Below, one piece after another: positions 56,977-64,000 of a DNA stretch of 64,000 nt. Under the pieces are notes generated by a model. That model worked only from the letters and a program-made list of their open reading frames with translations. It searched no databases and was not told the origin of the DNA. The stretch lies in NCBI GenBank assembly GCA_963829055.1, contig CAWHHI010000004.1, positions 384,001 through 448,000 on the forward strand, given 5' to 3'. Made by a program: the position numbers and the translations under genes. Position 1 is the stretch's first letter. Each line of letters begins with the position of its first letter. This DNA comes from an uncultured Gemmatimonadaceae bacterium (lineage in GTDB: Bacteria; Gemmatimonadota; Gemmatimonadetes; Gemmatimonadales; Gemmatimonadaceae).

Positions 56977-57187
56977 GGGTGCGGTTCGGACTGCTGCCAG
57001 AGACGGGATCGGTCGTGCGAGCGTCGCACGAACCCTGCTTGTCACCGACGAGCGCGGACTACACACGCGGTCAGGCGACCTTTGCTCCTCTGCGCGCGGT
57101 TGCAGGGACGCAAGTCCCAAGCCTACTGGGACTTCCCGACTGCACCCGCCACTTGCCGGTCGCGCCATATCGCTCGCGCCGGCATCC
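56977..57187 (-). ncRNA. Structured RNA candidate in the rho leader (6S-like rod or cis-regulatory element; strand not certain)
   Basis: Nested pairings GGGUGC/GCACCC, CCAG/CUGG, AGGC/GUCU, GGGA/UCCC, CCCUGC/GCAGGG; internal hairpin UCGUGCGA/UCGCACGA. Confidence 0.55.
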
Positions 57188-57193
57188 GATACG

Positions 57194-57222
57194 AGTATCG
57201 CAGCTTGAAGCGTTTCGCGCAA
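57194..57222 (-). promoter_or_regulatory. Sigma70-like promoter candidate for the rho leader
   Basis: TTGCGC-N17-GATACT. Confidence 0.45.
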
Positions 57223-57254
57223 GAACTCCGCGGCCAGTCGTTGTGTGATGGAGA

Positions 57255-57902
57255 TTAAGGTCTCCCAACGCCGTCCATCCCGCGCACGACCTCTACTACA
57301 CGCCGAGTGAGCTCAATGATCCGCTCCACGGACTCTCGATGGTCCGGCGGCAGCGTCTCCAGCTCCAGCAGCTGAGCCTCGGCCAGCAGCGCCGCCAGCG
57401 GATTGTTGAGCGAATGCTGGAGTCGCATCGCGATCTCCCCAGCAGCGATGAGCCGCTGGGTCTGACGCAGCGCCCGCAGCGCGCTCGCCGAGGGAGTTCC
57501 GTCGCCCCCGCCATCACCAACGCGTAGAGCGTCGGTGACCGCCGCGGCCAGCGTGGAAACGACATCGCCCTCCAACGAACACAGGCGTACTCCAAGCCGA
57601 GCTGCACTGACCGCGTCCCCCGGAGACGGTGCGCGAGTTGGATCGACGAGCAATACCGCCGGCCCGGCGAACCCACGCGCGCGAATCCGTCGCACGACGT
57701 CCACCCCATCGACGCCGTTGACCGAGGCGTCCACGATCGCGCAATCGACGTCCTCGGGCTCGAACTGCTCGACGTCGGTGTCCACCCGCGTGATCGTCGC
57801 TGACGGAAACATCGCGACGAGCGCCTCGTGGAGCGTCGCGGCAGGCGCGGATTGGTCGGCGACACAGGTGAGTGTGAGCGCCCGTTCGCTGCGGTGCATC
57901 AT
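57255..57902 (-). CDS. Receiver-like domain plus HisKA domain, no ATPase domain
   Basis: DCAIVD..GVDG.DVVRRIR; AAGE...LQHSLNNPL H-box; stop soon after. Confidence 0.8.
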   Translation of the reverse strand: MMHRSERALTLTCVADQSAPAATLHEALVAMFPSATITRVDTDVEQFEPEDVDCAIVDASVNGVDGVDVVRRIRARGFAGPAVLLVDPTRAPSPGDAVSAARLGVRLCSLEGDVVSTLAAAVTDALRVGDGGGDGTPSASALRALRQTQRLIAAGEIAMRLQHSLNNPLAALLAEAQLLELETLPPDHRESVERIIELTRRVVEVVRGMDGVGRP

Positions 57903-57963
57903 GGTCTCGATGATGTGGTGCCCAGCCCTGCTCGGGAAGCGCGACGCCGTGCCTCCGTGAATA

Positions 57964-58578
57964 ATGGGACGCTACGTTTCGCCAATGCTCTCGCCAACAT
58001 CGAACATTCCCGCCGAGCTCGCGGCGGCGGTAGACGAATATCAGATCCACGGGAATCCTGCGCACCTCGTTGCGCGCCTCCGAGAGATCGCGGACGCCAC
58101 GACCCCCGATGCCTTGATCGCCGCGGTTGAACCTTACCGCCAGATCCCAGAGGTTGCTGGTCCGCTGTACGAGCGGATCGTCGAGGCACAGCCCGGCAAC
58201 GCCCGCGCGATCGTGATTCTCGCGAATGCGTACTGGTTGACGGGCCACGGGCCTGACGTGGTCGGTGCCCTCGCCAGCCGCGCGATAGCCGCCGACGCCA
58301 CGAATCGTGGTGGTTGGCACCTCTGGGCGTTGTCGGAATCCGATCCGCGCCAGCGGGTCGCTCGTTGGCAGCAGGTGGTCGCGCGCTTTCCGTCCGACGA
58401 TCTGGCGCGGGCGGCGCTGGCCGACAACGCCGCGTCACTCGCCGGCGCGGAACACGATATCGACGCGCTCGACCTGGCGATCGAGACCTACGAACACCTG
58501 CTCTCGAAGGCGGAGGACCCTGCGCAACGCGCGGCGCTGGATACGGCGCTCACGTCCCTTCGTGGGTGGAAGCTGTAG
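57964..58578 (+). CDS. Hypothetical TPR-like helical protein
   Basis: YERIV...PGN..A..LANAYW, RAIAAD..NR..W. Confidence 0.7.
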   Translation: MGRYVSPMLSPTSNIPAELAAAVDEYQIHGNPAHLVARLREIADATTPDALIAAVEPYRQIPEVAGPLYERIVEAQPGNARAIVILANAYWLTGHGPDVVGALASRAIAADATNRGGWHLWALSESDPRQRVARWQQVVARFPSDDLARAALADNAASLAGAEHDIDALDLAIETYEHLLSKAEDPAQRAALDTALTSLRGWKL

Positions 58579-58632
58579 GCCTTGTCGTCCCTCGCTGGCG
58601 CTTTGCTGACGCTCGGGATGACAGCAGCTCGG

Positions 58633-59682
58633 TCAGTCCTTCGCCGCCGCGGTCGTCACTGCCTTCGCGACGGTCTTTGGATCGCCGTCCGAGACGTACC
58701 GCTGACCATGCTTCTCGAGCCCGTTCAGCGGTGCGAGTCACCGCCGAGTCGCCAATGACCTGCACGCGCGGAATCGACAGGGGATTGAACTGCGGGTCGA
58801 AGGGACTGCGGGCCGGCCCGCCTGCGACTTCGAGAATCGCATCGTGTGACGTAGCTCACGGTGCGCCCCTTCGCGTCACGCCACGAGCCGCGCTTCGCCA
58901 GCTCGCGGTTCTGCGGCCACATCCCGAGTGGAAGCGCCAACGTGCGCACCTTGTAGCCAGGCACCGCCGAGTCGATCGCCATGATTCCGCGGGCGATGAA
59001 CTCTTCGACCTTGGCGCCCGCACGATCGAGTCGCGCGTGATAGAGCGTGTGGTTGCACAGCTCGAATCCCTCGTCGGCCAGGAACTTTACCTTCTTGTAC
59101 CGCCATTCCGTCTTCTGGCCCTCGATGTTCTTGTCGCCGAAGAACGACGCGCCCCGCCTGCGCCGCCGGCAGCATGCAGAAGACGGCGCGGTTGCGCCAA
59201 TCAGGGTGCTGCTTGTTGAACGCGGTGAGAATGCCGACGGCCGACGTCGGATCGATCTCGAGCTGGCCGTTCTTCTCGATGTAGCGGAATTGCGACGGGG
59301 ATGCATCGTCGAACACGAGCACGACTGGCGACTCGCCCGCGCGGCAGGTCGATCTTCGGTCCAGCATCTCGCTGATCGAGATCGGACGGAAGCCGCGCTG
59401 ATACATCGTTTCCAGATCGCGCCGCAATCCGTCGGGCGTCCGCTCGTACAGCACCGTTCTTGGGGACGATCAGGTGGTACTCGAACACCGGAATGCGACC
59501 GAGCTCGTTCGACGGTAGACTCGCTGTCGTGGACGCGCCCACGGATGGCGACCGACGTCGGAGCGACGGCGACCTCACCGGACGCGTTACGGGCGCGGCT
59601 GGTGTCGACTCGAGGAACAGGCAAGGGTGCCGGCAGCGATTGTCGCGCCGAGGCACCCGAAGAGAACGATCCGGGGGGACAT
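58633..59682 (-). CDS. Polysaccharide deacetylase family lipoprotein (frameshifted)
   Basis: TLAC lipobox; NELGRIPV.EYH, VLVFDDA..SQF, ELCNHT..H, LALPLG. Confidence 0.85.
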
Positions 59683-59894
59683 CTACCTGGTCTGTGTCGA
59701 GAGGAAACGCCGAGGGTCGATCGAAGGACGACAACGGTAATCGAGCGCAACAGGCGGTTGTACTGCCGCGCTCGGCCGAGTTATCGTTGATATCGTACAC
59801 CGGATGCTCGACGTGACATGACTCGTTGCGCCGCTGCGAGGGTCGAAACTTTGCAGAAGGGCTGGGGTGTCAATGACTGACGTAACGCGGCTCA

Positions 59895-62073
59895 TGCCCT
59901 TGTCCATTCTGCCGTTTTTCCGGGACCGCTGGCGCGTGCTTCGGCATCGCATGCGACGCGATCCCGCAGTTCCTGCACGTCGCTGGCTTCGCTCGCACTG
60001 GCCGTGGCTCACTGCGCTTCTGCTCGCCATCGTCGGCGTGGGCGCAGTGGACGTCTGGCTAGGCACCTGCGGCTTCAACGGCTGCCCCACGACTCGGCGA
60101 GATCCGCGCGATTCCGACCGCCCGAGGGCGGAAAGATCCTCGACCGTCAGGGTCGCCTCATGGGCCGGCTCACGGTCATTCGCCGCGTGAATGTGCCGCT
60201 CGAGAGCGTCCCGCGAGTACGTCCGGGATGCGTTCCTCGCCACCGAGGATCGCCGCTTCTACGACCACAACGGTCTGGATTGGCGCGGTTTCATTCGCGC
60301 CGGGCTCGCAACGTCACGCGCGCTCGGCGTGCGTGAGGGCTTCAGCACCATCACGATGCAGGTCGCGCGGAATACGTTCATCGCCGAACATTTCGTCGGC
60401 ATCGCGCACGATGCGGCGGAAGCTCATGGAGCTCCGCCTGTCGCGTCTCATCGAGAAGAGCCTGACGAAGGACCAGATCCTCGCGCTTTACCTCAACGTC
60501 ATCTACCTCGGCAACGGTGTGTATGGCGTCGAGGCGGCGAGTCGCGACCTGTTCGGAAAGAGCGTGAAGGACGTCACGATCGCCGAAGGCGCGATGCTCG
60601 CAGCGCTGCCCAAGGGGCCGTCGGCGTACACGCCGCGCAACAACCGGAAGCGGGCGCTCGCACGTCGCGATCTCGTGCTCGGGCTCATGAGGCGCGAGGG
60701 CTACCTCGACGACATCGGCCTCGTCGCCGCGCGCGCGGAGCCCCTGCGTGTCGCGGCCAAGGAATGGCGCCCGCCACAGCCGGACGATTCGTACGCGCTC
60801 GATGCGGTCCGCAGCGTGGTCGACTCCGTCGAGGCGATGCTCAAAGAGCCGGAGGCGACGACGAGCGACTACGTCGTGTACACGACGCTGGATCTCGGTG
60901 CGCAGCGCGCCGCGGATCGTGCCGTCCGACGCCGCGCGGCCGCGATCCAGCAGGAGGCGCGCTACTGGGCAGGCCGGAACGCCGGTACGATCGAAGGCGC
61001 GATGATCGCGATCGATCCGCGCAACGGCGACATCCGCGCGCTCGTCGGCGGCAGACAGTACGAACGCGGCAGCTTCGATCGCGCGCTCTCCGCGCATCGC
61101 CAGCCTGGGTCGGCGTTCAAGCCATTCGTCTACGCGGCGGCGCTCGCGGCCGGCTTCACGCCGGCGTCGCTCGTGGATGATGAGCCGGTCGAAGTCGAGC
61201 AGGATGGTCGCATCTGGACGCCGGCGAACTACGGCGACGAGTACCTCGGTCGTGTGACCATGCGACGCGCGCTCATGAAATCATCGAATGCCGCGACGGT
61301 TCGTGTGAGTCGAGCGGTCGGCGAGCAGCGCGTGGTGCAGACCGCGCACCGCAATGGCATCACGAGCCCGCTCGTCGCCGGTGCCGGCGATCGCGCTCGG
61401 CGCGCTGGAGGTGACGCCGATCGAGCTCGTGACGGCGTACGCCCCGTTCGCGAACGGCGGATTGCGCGTGCGACCGCGGCTCGTTAGGCGGATCGAGCGG
61501 GCGGACGGCAGCGTGCTCTGGGCGCAGGACAATGCGACGCCCGTGGCGGTGATGGACCCGCGGGACGCGTATCCAGCTGACGTCGATGCTGCGGTCGGTG
61601 GTGGACCGCGGCACTGGTACGGCGATACGCGCCGGCGGCGTCACGCAACCGGTGGCCGGGAAGACGGGGACGACGAACAACGGCGCGGACGTGTGGTTCG
61701 TCGGGTACACGAAGTCGACTCGTTGCCGGCTTCTGGTTCGGCTACGACGCCCCGCGCAGCATCGCCGGCGACGCGAGCGGTGGTCGCCTCGCGGCGCCGG
61801 CGTGGGCGGAGTTCTACCAGCAGGGCTGGAACGATCGCTCGAACGACACGGAGTGGACGCCGCCGCCCGGCATGGTTGCCCGCGTGATCGATGCCGAGAC
61901 GGGCATGCTGGCCGGTGACTGGTGCCCGCTGACGCAGCGCGAGTGGTTCAAGCCCGGCACCGAGCCGACCGAGGTGTGCGACGGAGCATTACGAGCTGCC
62001 GGAAGCCGAGCCGTTCGTCAACAGTGTCGGAGCGAAACTCGGCAAGGCGCTCAAGAAGATCTTCAAGTTTTAA
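59895..62073 (+). CDS. Class A penicillin-binding protein (PBP1A family, frameshifted)
   Basis: EDRRFYDH.G, STITMQVARN, RKL.E, YLN.IY.G, RQPGSAFKP, SSN, KTGT. Confidence 0.93.
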
Positions 62074-62079
62074 CTACGG

Positions 62080-62187
62080 GCAGCTGGTTGCTGGGTGTGG
62101 ATGCTTGGTGCTGGGTGATGCTGGGTGCCAGCTGGTAGCTCCACTCAGCGTCACCCAGCCACCAGCACGACCACCCAGCAACAAGCC
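62080..62187. repeat. Inverted heptamer array (GCTGGGT)n / (ACCCAGC)n
   Basis: Between convergent PBP1A and DUF1501 genes. Confidence 0.75.
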
Positions 62188-62196
62188 TGCGGTTTT

Positions 62197-63468
62197 CTAG
62201 ATAAGTCCGACGTCCGTCTTCGCGACGTAGCCCGGGAACACGGTGTCGAGCTTGGCTGCCCCGAGATGCTTGCGAGGCAATCTCGCTGAACACCGCGCGG
62301 AAATCCGTCGTCAGGGCGAGGTCGCGACCCTCGTAGAGCTGCTCCCGAGCGAGCCCCGGCCATTTGCCGTGGACCTTGCCGCCCTTGATCGAACCACCGA
62401 TCGCGAACATGGCGCCGGCGTGGCCGTGGTCCGTTCCGCCCGTTGCCGTTCTCGCGCGCCATGCGGCCGAACTCGCTCATCGTGAGGATCACGACGTTCT
62501 CCATCCGATCGCCGAGGTCGGTCACGAGCGCGGCGATCGATTGCGCGAAGTCCGTCGAGACGGTCGCAAGCTGCCCCGTCGCACCGCCCTGGTTCACGTG
62601 CGTGTCCCAGCCACCGACGTCGGCGAACGCGATCTCCATGCCGACGTTCGCCTTGATCAGCTGCGCGATCTCGCGAAGCCGCTGGCCGAACTGCGAGCGC
62701 GGATAGTTCGCACCGTTCTCCGGCTGATAGCGCTGTGGATTCGCGGCACGGAGCATCTTCACCGCGTCGAACATCTCGGAGCCCGACGCGTGCACGACGT
62801 CGCTCGCTCCCGGTTCGATAGAGCGCCTCGATCTGCTCGGCGGACGCGCCGCCTGCGCGAACGGTGAATGCCTCGAGGCTCGTCATGGCGACCGCCGGTG
62901 CCGCGCCCTCGAGGATGCGCGGCGTCTGATCCGTCATCGCGACGGCCTGGAACGGCGAGTGCCTAACGCCGCCGGTGTCGCGCACTCCTCGCACGTGCCC
63001 TTCGTCGCGAGATAGCGGTTGAGCCATCCGTCCGGCGTGGACTTCACGTCCGGCGTGCCGGACTCCATGTAGTCCTGGGCGTCGAAGTGCGAGCGCGTCG
63101 TGCTCGGGCTGCCCACGGCATGAATGGGCGCGAGGAGGCCGCGGTCCCAGAGCGGCTTGAGCGGCTGCAGCGACGGGATGCAGCCCGAAGAAGCCATCGA
63201 GGTCGATCGCTGCCTGCGCGTCTCCCAGGCGAGCGCTCGGACGCGGAATCGCGATGCGCGGCCGAAGTGAGTAATACGACGCCTCCCCGTGCGGCACGAC
63301 GACGTTCAGCGCGTCGGCGGCGCCGCGCTGAAACAGACAGATGAGCGTCCGCCCCTTCGCCGCGCCTGGCAGCTCCATGCCGAACGCCGTGCGGCGCAGG
63401 AAGCGCGGGCTCAGTCCCATCGTCACGAGCGCGAGCGCGCCGGATTTCACGAATGCTCGTCGTTGCAT
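62197..63468 (-). CDS. DUF1501 family protein with Tat-like signal (frameshifted)
   Basis: MQRRAFVK, FQRGAADALN, RSHFDAQ, GGWDTH..Q, SEFGR..ENG, TDFR. Confidence 0.9.
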
Positions 63469-63515
63469 GATGCGGCCTACACGTATGAGAAGGATCGGGC
63501 GCGCGGCGCGCCGCG

Positions 63516-64000
63516 CTATCGTCGCTGGAATTCCGGCGAGCCTAACGCGAGCCCGACGACCTGCGCGAGTCCCGTGAGCTCGGGAATGTTTCCGAAGCCC
63601 TGCGCCGCCACGCTGGCGTCGTCGCGCCGGCGGTTCGCCGGCCGCCATGGACGTTGTCGGGGTTCGATCGTCGTGTCGGCGCCTCGCGCTCATGCCGTCG
63701 ACGCCGAGGAATCGGCCGCCGCCTTGCGCGACCATGGGGTGCACGCCGGTCGTGAGGATCTCGCGCGTCTCGCGGCGACACGTGCCCGCCGAGGAGCGAC
63801 GCGATCACGCCGTCGACCTGCTCGGCGCGTGACGCGCGCGCGCAGTCGCGCCGACTCCGGCCACCGGTCGAGCGATGCGCCCGGAATCGCGGTTCGCCGC
63901 CGCCGCCATCCCGAAGTTGATGCGATTCAGGATCGCGCCCGTGTTCATCCACGGTTCCGACGTCTCGGGCCACCCGTTAGGCGCCTGGTGGCCGAAGATC
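63516..64000 (-). CDS. DUF1800 family protein, 3' part
   Basis: PNGWPD..W.NTGAILNRINF; ends SPEFQRR*; immediately upstream of DUF1501. Confidence 0.85.

Noticed and set aside
6..63973. Numerous Arg/Ala/Pro-rich overlapping ORFs
   Set aside because: Shadow and antisense frames typical of high-GC DNA, overlapping better-supported genes.
1792..63981. CCTAAC motif as Chi/KOPS or as a telomere-like TTAGGC repeat
   Set aside because: No strand skew (about 32 versus 29) and never tandem; the telomere resemblance is probably coincidental.
19400..64000. Dense frameshifts as mass pseudogenisation or programmed frameshifting
   Set aside because: They hit normally essential or core genes (rho, tamB, PBP1A), cluster in blocks and are single-base indels with intact motifs on both sides; most consistent with long-read error.

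Overview
High-GC (roughly 70% by eye) bacterial chromosomal segment. Gene content (PadR plus ADOP-type duplicated ABC permeases, paired DUF885 genes, DUF1800/DUF1501, many DinB/cupin genes) suggests Gemmatimonadota or a similar soil lineage; this is inference. Many genes are broken by 1-nt indels that look like long-read assembly errors, so boundaries of frameshifted genes are approximate. About 1-47 kb is accessory metabolism and detoxification: tag, creatininase, five DinB-like genes, MarR/VOC, OsmC, a peptide ABC/DUF885/oxidoreductase operon, a PQQ dehydrogenase, an S8 protease and a PD40-GGT fusion operon. About 48-64 kb is more core-like: tamB, tamA/bamA-like, rho, PBP1A, DUF1501/DUF1800. 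No rRNA, tRNA, CRISPR, transposase or phage genes were recognised. Main observations: (1) an OsmC gene whose apparent UGA stop is probably selenocysteine, followed by a SECIS-like hairpin; (2) a non-palindromic motif (G)CCTAACG iterated about once per kb on both strands and in several reading frames; (3) a long structured RNA candidate upstream of rho; (4) several families of intergenic inverted repeats, including a composite element with 75-bp arms; (5) a beta-propeller/tricorn-C1-like/gamma-glutamyltransferase fusion; (6) several short gene remnants.
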